NCBI RefSeq assembly: GCF_004010195.1
Contig: NC_057755.1
Span: 5,749,474 to 5,813,473 of the forward strand
DNA: 64,000 nucleotides
DNA from: Chiloscyllium plagiosum
Lineage: Eukaryota
Direction: 5' to 3'
The notes beneath the pieces were generated by a model that was not told where the DNA came from, made no database searches, and saw only the letters and a program-made list of their open reading frames with translations. Shown piece after piece: positions 1 through 13,915 of this stretch. Each line of letters starts with the position of its first letter. Positions within the stretch are counted from its first letter, which is position 1. The position numbers and the translations under genes are program-made.

Positions 1-900
1 GTTTCAACATTTAAACTTTTGAAATATTTAGGGCAAGGGCAGACCACAGACAGTAAGGATCATGTAGTACAATCTCTGGACGTTCTACACACGATAAGTC
101 CTTCCTGAATTAATAATCTGCTCCTTCATTGTGCAAGTGATCATTTCGTTTTCAGTACTGCGCTGATCAACTCGTAGAGCCACTGACTGACACCTTGGTG
201 AGATTGTATTTCTGATATTGTATTGCTGATTGTAAAGCTGCCACCGGCTGCTGTGAATAATCGGTTCAATTAATAAAGCCACTTAATTCACAGAATCACA
301 AAATTGTTACAAATTTTAATGAGGTAATTCGGCCCACTTTGCTTAATAATGCAAATAACAATAGAACATTATGAGAGCAGTCTTCAAACTCCCACAATGA
401 TAGCCTACGAGGGAAATATAAGCAACAGCGAAGATGACAATGTAACTGAATTGACAGGAAAGGAAATGATTGCGTTTTCCATGTTTTTATACTGTACTTA
501 TTTACTTCATTTCAAAAATGTACTTCATCAATAAAAAAATCTTTATATGCACGCATAATCACTAAATACGTTTAGCTCTGTACAGTAGCAAATGAAAACT
601 GGGCAAACATTGAAGGTGGACTCAATCCAACTAAACAAACCAAAGGTATTCCTTACTTGTGCAAGATGACATTTGCATTTTTTGTATATTCCACGTTAAC
701 TGCATTTTCTAATTAGTTTTAGTGAAATATTCTTGGTTGTTCAATGGTCTTGGACTTTCATGCATTTCTATCTTGCAACGGTTGACGAAGATGATAGGAA
801 TTATAACAGCTTTTAAAATTTCCATTCTCATGAAGTGACTTCAACATTTCTTCCAAGCCCAGATATGGGTCAAAGAAGGTATATCTTTAACTGATTCAAA

Positions 901-2080
901 GAAAAGAACACAGAAAAGTTACAGCCCAGGAAAAGGCCTTTCAGCCCTTCAAGCCTGAGCCGATCCAAATGTACTGTCTTAACCTGTCAGTCAATTCCTA
1001 AGCATTTGTAAACCTCTGCACCCATCTACTCATGTATCTGTCCAGCGGCATCTTAAATGAATCTACCGTGCCTGCCATTACCACCTTTGCTGGCAATGCA
1101 TTCCAAACGCCCACCACCCTCTGTGTGAAGTACTTGCGTCGTGTATCCCCCTTAATCTTTCCACCTCTCATCTTGAAAGCATGACCTCTCGTTATTGAAT
1201 CCTTCTCCTTGGGCAAAAGCTTGTCTCTGTCCACCCTGTCTATGCCCTTCATGATTTTATAAACCTCAATCACGTCTCCCCCCCAATCTACTTTTTTCTA
1301 GTGAAAATAAACCTAACCTACTCAATTTCTCTTCATAGCTAGCACCTTCCATACCAGGCAACATCCTCGTAAACCTTCTCTGCGCTCTCTCCAAAGCGTC
1401 CACATCCTTTTGGTAATGTGACGACCAGAAATGAATACAAAATTCTAAATTGCCGCCGAACCAATGTCTTGTGCAATCTTAACATGACTTGCCAGCTCTT
1501 ATACTCAATACCCCGTCCAATGAAGGCAAGCGATATGCCTTCTTGACCACTCTATCCATCTGTGCGGCAACCTTCAGGATACAATGGACCTGCACTCCCA
1601 GATGTTTCTACCCATCAACTTTTCCCAAGGCTCTTCCGTTCATTGTACAATTCGCGCTAGAATTAGACTTGCCTAAATGCATCACCTCACACTTGTGTTG
1701 ATTGAAAGCCATCTGCAACTTTTCCGCCCAACTCTCAAGTCTATCTATATCCTCCTGTATTCTCTGACAGTCCCTTATGTTTTCTGCTACTCCACCAATC
1801 TTTGTGTCACCTGCAAAACTTGCTGATAATACGAACAGTGCCCTCTTCTAGATCATTTATATATATTGCAAATAACAGTGGCCCCAATGCTGAACCCTGT
1901 GGAACATCACTGGTCACCTTTCTCCATATCTAGAAACTCCCTTCAACTACTACTCTCTGTCTCCTGTTGCTCAACCAGTTCTTTATCCACCTAGCCAGAA
2001 CACCCTGCACACCATGTGACTTCACTTTCTCCATTAGTCTACAATGGGGAACCTTATCAAATGCCTTACTAAAGTCCATA
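901..2080 (-). mobile_element. CR1 (HER1-like) LINE, 5'-truncated
   Basis: ORF2 C-terminus IEVYKIMKGIDRVD..YFTQRVVGVWNALP (ORF 998..1273) and RT fragments; 3' UTR at the left end. Absent from the paralogous flank near 54185. Confidence 0.92.
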
Positions 2081-2821
2081 TTCCCAAAGCTTTTCCACAC
2101 AAATGGTGGATTGGCGAACTGCTGTCCAATCAGGGCAATGCAGTGCAGGATGAATACACCAGACAGACATATTATATTTCCTGGTGGAGTGTAGTCGTCT
2201 GAACAATCCTTACAGAGGAAAGGACTGCCAGATGGACTGTGTACCAGAATAGCAGGAAGAGATTGTGATGAATGTGAAGAAATGCTTCCTGTACAATTGT
2301 TGCACGGAGATGAGTGATGTACAGGCAGAGCTGGCGGTGGAAAGGAATAATCTTACAGACAGCTGGCTGTGTGATTTATTGGTGATAGATCGTTGCAAAG
2401 GGTGATGGCTGACTGGTAGCACTTGCAAAAATGATCAAGGTCATCAAATCGAAATAAACCATTTCAGAGGCACAAGACGGTGTCACTACAAACGCACTGA
2501 AGATTATTTGTAATGTGTTAACTCCTAAAGCTTTCTGTTATTTGTGACTCTTCTTTGATATTCATTTGAAGCTGATCTGAAAATGTGTAAATTCCACTTG
2601 TGCAGGGGTCATATTTCGAAAGGTTATCATCCTGAGCAGGACTAAATGCCCTCAATTTCCTTCCAGCCCAGTAATGTCTATTTCAATGCTGGCAAAGCTT
2701 TGACCATAGTTTAATGAACTTCATAAGATGGTAAAGTATAAATCTGGCATTTACCAGCTCCAAACATTGTGACACTGTCAATGTGCTCTCAGAAGTACAT
2801 GTAATTCATTCATTATTTAAA

Positions 2822-3164
2822 TTATGAAACCAGAGATTTCAAACTATTCTTAATTTTCTCCCTGAAGTTAGACTGAGTTGCTGCATAAGTAAATGTGATT
2901 GTCCAACAATGTAAATTGCGGAACATGAATCCAAAATCTTGCGATATTATTTCAGACTCTGTGAACATGTTTCTCTAAAGTCGTACCAAAAAATAAAATG
3001 AGGCTTATCTATCACAGAAGTCTAAAACTACCAGATATGCTGAAAAGCAATATGAGTCTTCTGCCTGCTTTGTATTTTGGGTTGCTGTGCTTCTCTACAT
3101 TGCTGCAGGCTTTCAGTTCATTTTGGATTGGGCTGGGTACCAAAGTTTGTCTGACAGAGTAGTT
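2822..3164 (-). pseudogene. GPR139-like pseudogene fragment (ICL3 to C-terminus), paralog of gene B
   Basis: Aligns by eye to 54924-55265 (ttatgaaaccagagatttcaaa is shared at the stop). Residual ...NPKYKAGRRLILLFSISGSF in ORF 3012..3305; frameshifted, and the 5' part is missing. Confidence 0.85.
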
Positions 3165-5277
3165 AGGAGGATGCTGAAAAACACAGCAAATCAGGCAGCA
3201 CCAGGAAGTGCAGAAGCCGAGTGTTTTTCGACGGAAATGGTTCACTTCTACCTTCTGGAGGAAAGGAATGGATTGACAATAGAAACTGTTTTCACCACAA
3301 ACCAACAGATCCCGTTCGTGTGTTTGACAAAGTAGAGATATACCTCATTGTCCTCAGAGAGAATGAGACAATTGTGACAGATATCCATGCTTCCTCTAAT
3401 TTCCATTCCGGAATTTTCTATTGACCACACCTGCTCCAGTGATTCTCTGCATGCCTTCACAATAAATTGATTCAGAGAGATGTTTCCCATCAAACACTGT
3501 GGCGTATTGAATTTGCAACTGTTTTCAATCCATTAATATTTGCGACAATCTTCACAATGCTTTCCGTGTGTTTGTTGATAATATTCATGATCCTTTATAT
3601 AGTTATCAAAAATGTTTTAATCATTTATCGCACTTGTAATTCTTTCTCAACTGTCATGATCCTTCATATAATACCTTACAATGTTTGCAACAATTCCTAA
3701 CATTCCATCATGTCTTGCTCTTGTCTGATATTCTATATAAAGAGTATAACCATTCAATAATTTTACAACTCTTTTTGATACTTTTCTACATACCTTTACC
3801 AATTTAGAGTGGCAGTTCGACAAACTGAGGAGCATACGGGGGCAGAGTGTGATAGATGCTAGTTACAGGGAGATGGACACACTTTAGTTTCAGTCAGGTA
3901 GTTGGCTGATCGCCAGACAGGTAATGTTAGAGAGGAATGACGTTAGACAATCATTTGACACTCATTCTATTGCATTCATCAAATTGGATAATTTATAGAC
4001 AGTAGGGGGTGAGTTGGTCGGTGTACCACGTACTAATCCACTGAGCAAAGGATATCATGCTTTTCTTGTGTACAGGAGTTTCTGCAATAACATATCTCTC
4101 ATCATTGCGAATTGGCTGCAATTTATCGGGCAAGTAATGAACGCTGCTTCTAAACCACGAAATTTTGAAATGTGCATTGCTTATAAAGTAACACGATTAG
4201 ATCCGCAGCACTATAAGTGTTGTTTCTTCTCGAAACTGATAAGTGTTCTTTGTCTAGCATACTTTTTGTATAGCGTAGTTATGCAGGAAGGCAACTATTT
4301 TTTTCTGGAAGAACTGATGGTACTTTTCTTCTGCACATCCTGGCTGGTTCAGAATTTCTTTCACAATGAGTTTGAGTGGTCAAGACGTTTCTTCGACGTG
4401 TCTATGCACAATAGTTCTTTCACAGTGAATCATATTTCTCGGTATCAGCGTTCAAATCGAGTTCAAATCGATGCTCAGATATAGTGAGATGAGTGAATAT
4501 CCACTGTGCAGTGTTATTATTCATTTCAATAAACAGGAAAAAAGATGATTAAAAGCCCCAATTGTAGATTGGAACTGAAATCTCAACTGGCAAGTTATAA
4601 CAGCTTAACAAAAACAAAATGGAAGGCACACCCAAAGAAGAAGGTGTTAGGAATGTTGAAAATGAGGTGGTTTCAAAATTCGACTGTGGGTGAAGGTATA
4701 TAACAGTAGGAAAACTAGACTTTTTTGTTTACGAATCAATGACAGAGATTGAATGAATTGTGGAAAACAGATTTGAATATTGTACGATTTCTTCTCAGTT
4801 GCTTATAACACTGGTCAATTCAGATGCCTGAGTGAATGCAGTTTGAAACATTTTAAGTTTAATCTTTGCATATCTTTTCTGTGGTCGACAGTCACTGAAC
4901 ATATTCACATGAGGCTGCCACTGTGATTTCAGCAAAAGAACATAAATTTTTTAATGAGAAAATCCAAAGCTATAAATGGATTAAAATTGGAAACATTTTT
5001 AAAAAGAAACGCAAAACAAAGACTCAATCCATTGGCCAACAACATCATTTACAGATACTTAGTCTCAGTGACATATTAGTCGAATTTAAAAACATTAATT
5101 TCATGTATACCAGATTACTTCCAAATTTGAGTGACCAAGTTTGTCATGCTGAAGACATGGACTTCTTTTCAGTGAACGCAGACAGGAAAGTTCCACAAGC
5201 TCTTTGAACCCGTTGCATGACCTGTTATATCTTCAATTCGAAGTCAGGTCCGTGGCTTATTTGCATCGTTTAACAAT

Positions 5278-6146
5278 TTAATTAAATGGGTACTCTACTC
5301 CCTGGATTAACTCATCTCTGGCGTTAATTTGCGTTCGTTCGTATATGCAGGTTTTGGTGCACGAATTCAGAAGCCGTAGCATCAATCCAATTTCTGGAGA
5401 GACAAATGTTGGATCGGTTAAAGTCATGTCCTCGTAATTATAGTTTACTTCTGGCTGGAATAAAGAGCGTATGACATGTGTCATCCAGAATACTATAGAA
5501 TTAGCAGACAACGCAAATAGCAAGCTGATGGATGTCCTCCGTTCAACGCCTCTGGAACAATATTATTCTGTCCATTTCCCTGGTTCTGAAGCCAACAGCG
5601 GATGTCGTTGGTCTGTTAATATGCCTGATAGTCAGAACATTGAATATCAAAATCAATATAATTGGAAGCAGTCTATAGTTATAATGTGAATCCATTCATT
5701 CACTTTCCAAAATACTGATATGTAATCGTCTGATATAATGACGGAAAACAATGGCACATTGTCAATAACAACTGCAGGAGCTAATGCAAAATAACAAGCA
5801 ATTAACCCCAAACAGTAGACCTCACTCACAATTACTATAACCACAAGTGCAGTTCTGTTATTGCAATATCTCGCTCTTAGCTTCTGGCAACAAATCAATA
5901 CAAACCGGCCAAATGTGAAAGCAAACGTAACCAAACTGAGCAGTCCAGGGCTGCGAGGCAAAGAACAACTCTAAATGCACACACAGACGTGATGGACAGG
6001 AAACTAACTGGGAAATAAAGATTATTAATTTGTGTAAGGATGACAGTAAGGATGACGAGAAGTAGATCTGCTGCAGACCTTGCCAACAAATAGCGAGTGA
6101 TGCATGGGGAGAGCCCACAATTGCCTCGATTCAGGATCAAAGTTAA
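5278..6146 (-). pseudogene. GPR139-like pseudogene C1, exon 2
   Basis: Acceptor ...tttgtacag|TT AAC at 6147. GPCR sequence is spread over several frames: ILNRGNCGLSPCITRYLLARSAADLL..DCSVW (5895..6140), FTFGRFVLICCQKLRARYC (5653..5961), LNSCTKTCIY..RDELI (5278..5523). Multiple frameshifts. Confidence 0.9.
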
Positions 6147-6759
6147 CTGTACAAAAAAAGTACAGAAACGTACACTTTTTCACGACTGGCGTCAAAGCAG
6201 AAAGATATGCTCGATATGTCTGTCAAACTGTACCAGTTACCTCAGATTAATATATTAATTCAATTAAATGATATATGACTCAAGCAAATCAGAATTAAAC
6301 AAACCAATAGACAGAACGAATAAATAAATTAATAAATAAGTAAGGACCAAAATTCGTAAAAAATGAAATATTGTAATGCAAATCACTCATCTGACCGTTG
6401 CAGAGCAATCTTTAAAAGATTCTCCATGCTTATGATACTGTTGGTAGACAAAAAAAGTAAATGCAAATCGGAATAATGACAAGATATTTTCCATTTAATG
6501 ACCCCATCAGGGATGTGGTACATGAACAGCCACGACAATAAATACTTTCTGACATAGAACTGAGATGGTCGAATTAAGTTCTCGGATTAAGTTCTTGGAC
6601 TGACCTGTCATTGAAAGGGGTTCCTTGCTTTCTCACTTCCGCTAGTCACAAATCTGCAGGCATTCTTGATAAGGGACGGTGCAGAAAGCATGGGAGCACA
6701 TGAGGATCATTGTGGAACTCCTTACATCTGGTAGTTTTTTTGAAACGTAATACTGTAAT

Positions 6760-7230
6760 TAGAAGGTTGGATTGCAGTCCGATTGATTGCCACCACATGC
6801 ACAAAACATATATGCCACCCATCCATTCTCCCCATCTCCACCAGCACTCACTAACAGCAGTGTGCACGACCTCCAAGATTCAGTGCGGATATCCATCTAA
6901 GTTTCATAGACAGCAAATTCTACATCCACAAATAATTCCTTCCAGAAGAGTAAGGGTATCTGATTCACAGAAACACCACCCCCAGCCAGTTCCCCTCGAA
7001 GCCACTCACCATCTTGACTTGGAAATGTATTGTTTTACTTTGCTGTTGCTGGGTAAAAATCCTGGAACACTTATCACCCCGCTCCCCCCGGCAGTGTGAG
7101 TCACCCCACAGCGTGTGGATTGCAGTGGTTCAAGAAGGCAGCTCAGCACTGCCTTCTAAAGGAGCAATTATCAACAGGCAAGTAATGTTGGTCAACCAGT
7201 GATGCTCGCATCCCACGCACGAGTGAAAAA
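6760..7230 (+). mobile_element. Old CR1/L2-group LINE 3' fragment
   Basis: Shares blocks (ccactcaccatcttgacttggaaat; ggttcaagaaggcagctc) with 10420-10900 and 30740-31110; HHxx.AVCT-type ORF2 C-terminal remnant. Confidence 0.65.
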
Positions 7231-8192
7231 CCAAATGGCTCGTCATTGTTCAAATTTCAGTTTGAACATATAAATTAGTGATAAAATAACTTTTATCTGT
7301 CAGGTTACATTTTGTGACATGAATTGAAAGTGGTGTTTTGGATGGAATGTCCAAAGAAATGATTCAGCACCCGAAGTCCACTTCCAGCATCAAAGAGTTT
7401 ATTAATTTTACACGGATATGAGGAAACGTCTGGTGTTGCAGAAGCTTCTCAACTGAATAAATGAAAGACATAAACTTTTATATATTCATTTTATCATGCT
7501 TTCAGAAAAGTCAGACCACTTTTATCATTAATTAGTTAAATACACACGAAATTCATTTAAGCATGTGACAGTGTGGTCTTTGATGGACAATCTTCATGGA
7601 CGGCCCTCAGTGTTCAATGATCTCATGACGCTTCCCAGTCCCTATTAACTCTATCCTCGGGGCTTCCACAATGCATGCTACATTTAACCATAACCAAATG
7701 TTGCTAACGCCTGCATCTGGACATCAATCTCCTTCTCGCAGAGTGGTGTCCCTCCCTTACTCTTCAAAGGATCTTTACTGGAATCTCTTCAATATATATA
7801 TTCACACTGTCAACTAATTGACATGGAAATTTCAACCAGTGTAAATTTATTTCTGATGGATCTCAGACATTAAGCCACTGGGCCTGGAATTCTTCAATCA
7901 CCATAATCATGTTCCCCTTCATAAGATATTTATTCTCGTGGCTGCCAATGTACTAATTTGTTGATGGGGGTCCATTGATGCGAAATACCTTATCTGGCTA
8001 TTTCTGTATCAACACGACACCTACATGTTTGCAACAGGACTCTTTATGTATGATCTTAATCTGTTACTTTGGACATATGTCTACAAATCTAGAAGTGCCC
8101 TAAAGTTAGAAGCTAGAACTTACAGCTTTCTTCACTACTACGTAAAACCAGCAATTTCTCAGTTCACTGATAACCACTTGAGGCCGTCTTTC

Positions 8193-8425
8193 TAGCGATG
8201 GAAACGAGGTGAGCCAGATGGGCCGCACAGAATCTGAGCTGCCTTACTGTGGTTGTTAACCTGATCCAATCAGCGAGCCGTGGTGTAGAGGCATATACTG
8301 GGGTGTCACAGGTTGTCTTCTCTCTGAGAGCTGGCACTGAGGAAACCGGAACAGTTTCATGTACTATGCAGCTGTAAATAAATGGGCACGAGGTGATCGA
8401 TTCCGGCCTCTGTTGAGTTATTTCA
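8193..8425 (+). mobile_element. Solo LTR-like element (~235 bp)
   Basis: CCAAT, AATAAA and a terminal ttatttCA. Homologous to the split minus-strand copy at 31194-31310 plus 34162-34270. Confidence 0.6.
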
Positions 8426-8499
8426 ACCTTGTGTAACTTTCAGCCATGGCAGGCTCAACGTCAGTAAGGAGAAAGCAGCAAATTGGTGTTAAGACGTAT

Positions 8500-9832
8500 A
8501 TAGAGTCATAGAGTCACAGCGACGTACAACATGGAAACAGAACCTTCAGCCCAACCCGTCAATGCTAAACAGATATCCTAACCTAATCAAGTCCCATTTG
8601 CCAGCACTTAGACCAAATTCGTCTCAATCCTTCTTATTCAAATACCCATCCAGATGCCTTTTAAAGTTTTCAATTGTATCAGACACCACCATTTCCTCTG
8701 TCAGCTCATTCGGTGCATGCACCACTCTCTGTGTGTAAAAGGTGCCCCTAATGATCCTTTTTTATATTTCCCCTTTCACCTTAAACCTTTCCCCTCTATT
8801 TCTGGCCTCGCCCAACCCAGTGAAAATACCTTATCTATTTATCCTATGATTTTATGATTTTATAAACTGAGCTGAGGTCACTCCTCAGCGTCTGACGCTC
8901 AAGAGAAAGCATCACTAACCTATTCAGCTTCCCCCTCTAGCTCAAAACCTCCAATCTACACAACATCCTTGTAACCCTGTTCAGAACACTTTCAAGTTTC
9001 ACAACATCCTTCAAATTTGCAGGAGATCCGACATTGCACACGATGTTCCAAAAGTCGATGAAACGATACCCTGTACACCCGCAACATGACCTTCCATCTT
9101 CCATTATCAATGTGCTGACCAATAAAGGAAAGCATGCCAAACGCCCTTTTCACTATCCTATCTACCTGGGACTCTATTTTCCAGGAACTATGAAGTAGCG
9201 CTTCAAGGTCTCTTTGTTCAACAACACTTCCTAGGACCTTATCATTAATTGTAAAAGTCCCGTCCCAGTCTTCCTTTCGAAATCGCAGCACCTCGCATTT
9301 AGGTTCCCTACAGCGTGGAAAGAGGCCCATCGGCCCAATTAGTCCACACCGACCCTCCGAAGTGTAACCCATCTACCCACTAACCTATGACGAATGCAAC
9401 TATCGCTATGGGCAATTCAGCATGTCCACTTCACCTGACCTGCACATCTTTGGATTGTGGGAGGAAACCGGAGCACCCAGAGGAAACCCACGCAGATACA
9501 GGGAGAATGTGCAAACTCCACATAGACTGTCACCCGAGGCTGCAAGCGAACCTGGGACCCTGGTGCTGTGAGGCAGCAGTGCTAATTACTGAATCACCGT
9601 GCCGCCCATTTGCTAACCTCCATCTTCCATTCGTCAGCCCATTGGACCATCTGATCGAAATCACATTTTGGAATGAGGTAATCTTCTTTGCTATTCACCA
9701 CAACTCCATTCTTGATGTCATCCACAAATGTACTAACTATTCTTTCTATCTTCGCATTACAATCATTCATATAAATGAGTAAAAACATTGGATCCAGGTC
9801 TGCTACTTGTGGCATACCAATGGTCACAGGCA
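8500..9832 (-). mobile_element. CR1 LINE fragment interrupted by an HE1 SINE
   Basis: RT remnants GMPQ..FVDDIK (ORF 9594..9833) and VEQRDL..ESQVDRIVKRAFGML (8992..9372); tagagtca tail repeats at 8500. Confidence 0.88.
9301..9606 (-). mobile_element. HE1-type tRNA-derived SINE
   Basis: Minus-strand head ggcggcacggtg..., central gggtttcctctgggtgctccggtttcctcccaca, CR1-like tail; flanked by cattt at 9296-9300 and 9607-9611 (candidate TSD). Confidence 0.9.
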
Positions 9833-9929
9833 ATATGAACCATGATCGAACGGCGGAGCAATTTCATTGGGCCAACGGCCCTAATTCTGTTCCTCTACCT
9901 TATTTCTTTTGATCTTACAGACAAATAGT

Positions 9930-10900
9930 AAGTAACATTTTGATACATAGAAGAGTCAGACAATTACCATCTCTCATACATGAGTTTCTTGCCATCACCC
10001 TTTCATATTCGATGATATGACCATCACGAAATCCACCACGATCAACATTCTGGAAAATACCATTGACACAAACCTGTCATGGATTAGCCATGTAAGTATT
10101 GTTGCTACTATAAAATACAGAGGCAAGGAGTCCTGCAGCCAATCACTCATCTCTTGACTCACCAAAGCTTGTCCATCATCTACAAGGTACAAAACCTGAG
10201 TGTGTTGGAATGTTCCCCACATTCCCAAATTCAGCAACACTCAAAACCTCGAACACCATCCAGGACCATAGAAAATTCTGCAGGAGAGTCATACCAGACT
10301 CGAAAATGCAACTTTCATTGCTCACTGCATCGAAATTGCTGATCTACCGACTTCATCCAACATTTTCTTTGTCTATTGCAAATATACAGCATCTGCAGTA
10401 GTTTGACTTTCTTCCAGGACATATCAGCCCAGTTGATTGCCACCACATTCAGAAACCTTCAGTCTGTCCCCCTCCGCCACTGCCACTCAGTACGAGCAGG
10501 GTGTAGCATCTGCAAGACACATTACAGCAGCGCACCAAGGTTGCTCAGACAGCTCCCTCTCGCCCTCAAAGCCGATGAATGAGAATGACACTACTTGTAA
10601 GTTCCGTTCAAAGAACTCAACTTCCTGGCTTGGAAAAACATCACCGTTCCTTCAGTGTTGTTGGATCTTTTAAAAGACATTTGGACAGCTGTACAGAAAG
10701 GAAAGATTTAGCGGGATATGGACCAAAATAAGGCAATGCGTGTAGCTCTCCTTAGGAAACCTCGTCAGCATGAATGCATTGGACAGAAGGGTCGGTTTGC
10801 ATCCTCTATGTCAGCGTTCTGACAACGATTGGTCTGCAGTGGTTTGAGAAGGCAGCTCATCACCACGTTCTGATGTGTAACTCCACATGGGGAATAAATA
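9930..10900 (+). mobile_element. Old CR1/L2-group LINE 3' region with a nested short CR1 tail (~10670-10812)
   Basis: IYKVQNLSVLEC (YKAQVRSVMEY-like) remnant; 3' UTR blocks shared with 6760-7230. Confidence 0.6.
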
Positions 10901-11120
10901 ATGATTCAGCTTGCTTTGTGTTGGAACTAAATACTCTGCAAAATATGCGTGCAAACCTGTTTCAGTGAACGGAGGAAACAATAATACAAATTGACTGCTG
11001 GTGAAACCACTAGGATTGATCGTTTGGAAATACCAAAGCTGGGGAAATTTTGTCAAATTTCAATAAAGAATTAAGGAGCATTGTCTGACTCTTCAGTATA
11101 AAATAGGTCGAAGGAATTAT

Positions 11121-11190
11121 CGATAATGCCAACAGCTGCAAGTATCGGGTAGTAAATTTGCGTTACCTGTAAGATTACCAAGTATTTCAT
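11121..11190 (-). pseudogene. GPR139-like pseudogene C1, exon 1 (splice donor destroyed)
   Basis: Minus-strand MKYLVILQVTQIYYPILAAVGII plus G, followed by ataatt instead of gtaagt. Confidence 0.8.
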
Positions 11191-12811
11191 TCCCTCCCAT
11201 TCATATCTGTCTGGTACTGTCGAGTCAATGTTTCTCTGCTGAACAATAATATCGTCCGTCAGCGCAATCTCATCTTATTTGGAATATAAATGTCCAGTGA
11301 TGCAATAAATCTAGCTGAATAACTAATTACATTAGTTGCATTCATCCGAACAAGCCAGAAATTAACCACTTCCCTCTGAGAGTAATTATACCGTCGAATC
11401 TATTTTGAAGAATGATATGTCACTAATTTGCTGAGAAATAGGATTAGTGTTTTTTCGTCCTGTATACTCAAGAACAGAATAAAAGTGAAAAGTGGACAAT
11501 GTCGCCATGTCCAACAGCATCTTAGCGAAAAAGGGAGCGACATACAAAGCCTTAGGTACAAAACAAAAAAATAGAGAAACAACATTAGAAGTTAAAAAAA
11601 AAAACAATCCTTCTTAGTATTAAGACGAAAAATAAAGAAGTTATAACTTAAAAGACTTGCGGTCAAATATTTTGGAAAGACAGAACAATGCACTTCAGTT
11701 TGCCATAAACTTATTGTGTAACAGACTGTAGCTTCTCCTTCCTTATTTAAAAAAAAAACATCAGTGGGACAAGTTTTCCAGCGGGTGGGAATTTCGCAGA
11801 TTGCAACCATGGCTGTTTTCTTTTTGACGAAAAAAACGGTGCGCTGTATTTCTGACAGGAGATTTTATTCAGGGTAACGCACAAGAACGCGGAAACATGC
11901 TTCCATCCTGACAGATCTCTCCTGGCTAAAACTGTCTTATTATGCGTATAGTAAGCGCGATTGGGCAGCACTGTACAAATAAGGAGCTCAACATATAGCG
12001 ATGCAAGTTACCACGCCAGTAATGTGCAAAGTAGGCAAGCTGCCACGTATGTAGAGTACCAAGTTGGGAAGGGTTAAAACGTCCAAAAGGAATGTGGGTA
12101 CGTTCCCAGCTGGGATGGCAGCAGAAGTTCAGGTGGACTTTAATCAAGATGTCAATAGTGTTGTCTGTCATTCTATATGAGGGACATTGAATGCCTGGTA
12201 TAAAACTGACGAAGGGATGGCACATGTGTGTGTGTGGAGTAGGCCAGCGTGGGCTGCTGTAATGGGGCCTGCGAGAGGCCATGGCTGGTAATTGTACGTC
12301 TGGGGGTTTAGGGTCTTGTCTGGTTTTGTGGCAAGATGGAAATGTGTTGTTTGGTCCAGTGGCAGAGACATGGTGTGGGTTGGGAGATGTGATATGAGGT
12401 CTCGTCCGATCAAGGATCTTTAAAAAGGACGACACAATGAACATAGCAATAACTTTGAGGAACGCAGAAGAAAATGGAACATTGCGGATAGTGAGAGAGT
12501 GAGAGAGTTGGAGAGTTGGGCGACTGGGTGAGGGGTCCGAAGAGAGATGATAAAGTTAAATGAGGCAGAATGAATAGAATGCAAAAGGGTGGATGAATGT
12601 TAAAGCAGAAGATCATGCCCGAGCAGAGACTGCGAACAGGAAAGGTCATTCAAAACCCTGAGATGACAAGGAATTGAAACGTGGAAAAAAGAGATTAAGA
12701 GCAAACAACAAATCTGGAAAGGCATAATGAGGGCAATCCTGACCATTTCGAGAGGATATGTTTCATCAGGTGTTGGAAAAGAACATGATCCTGACCAGTC
12801 ACAGTGTAAGA

Positions 12812-13451
12812 TGTGACATGTGGTTTCTTTTTTCTTTGAGCAGTTCCCTTTCTCAAGGATAGTATGGACTTGCTCTTTTTTCCACGGGGATCCGAAACTC
12901 CCCCGGTGCCGATTAGGCTGGTTTGGTAGACAGACTAATGGATATTCAGAGGCCTGTTTGTTTGCATGCAAACAGGTGAGACTTCAGGGCAAAGTTGTCA
13001 TGCTTTAGAATTGACCTGTACAATCATAGGGGAGTGGTTAGTTCTCTAGCAGAGCATTTCAGTCCAGAACTAGTCGAGGGTTCAATAGTGGGCTGTATGG
13101 AAACTCTCTCTCTCTCCCCTTCTGCCCTTCTAACTTCAACCTGTTAGCATCCGTTACATTTTTTAATTGTGCTTTGGTTTGGTTCTTAGGACTGCACTGG
13201 ATACTCGGAACAGCATAGTTTAAGTCTGGTTTGGATAGACTGTGTTCCAGTAAGGGTTCCTTGATCTATTCTTTGTGTTTCATTGTGTAATTTTTTAAAA
13301 ATTAATTTCTGTCTGCTTTAAAACCGAGAAGTCAACCCTGCTAGCTTTCTCCACGTAATTTTCACTGTAAACTTAGCGAATCACATTGCAAAGTTATAGT
13401 CTGGGCTGCATGCTTAAGAATATTTTGAATGGTCTGTGCTAGCCCATAACA
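12812..13451 (+). repeat. 5' LTR of the Gypsy element
   Basis: TG...cataaCA; direct repeat of 21674-22316 (ttctcaaggatagta; gagcatttcagtccagaact; ttgcaaagttat). The start could instead be 12805; no TSD recognisable. Confidence 0.85.
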
Positions 13452-13915
13452 GACTGGGGAATTTTAAACAGTGAGTGGTACGTGCTAGTATCTTCATTTC
13501 GGGTTCTTGTTTGGTTGTGTAGACAAAGCTTGGGGTAGTAATGGCTCTTTCAGTCGCCAAATGTTTTGTGTAAACGAATGTTGACTTTGAATGTTTTGCA
13601 ATAGGTGTAAATGAACAAGCTGCAGGAATTTGTAGACCAACCAGCATTGGAACTGTCTGTTTCTGTCAGGAAAGCAGAGATGATTATAGCCGTAGCTCAG
13701 CATTTACATTTGCTGGATAAACCATCAGAATCTATATAAAAGGCAAGAATTCAATTGTAAATGAAGTAGCTTGAATTATCGACCAGAAATAAGGAAAGGG
13801 CAGCAGAAATGAAACACTTCAAGTTAAGATTAAAAGCAGAAGAAACAGAGCAGCATAAGAGAGGGGCAAAAGAGCAGAGAAAAAAAATAGAGAGCTTTTG
13901 AAATTCTAAAATTTA

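Noticed and set aside
3300..3720. Possible further GPCR remnant (NSGMEIRG..., MLGIVANI)
   Set aside because: Similarity is too short, is not co-linear and does not fit the family's intron phase.
9530..9606. tRNA-like sequence (also ~33350-33430)
   Set aside because: These are the tRNA-derived heads of HE1 SINEs, not tRNA genes.
11926..12444. 172-aa minus-strand ORF
   Set aside because: No recognisable motif or splice context; probably a chance ORF in an unidentified repeat.
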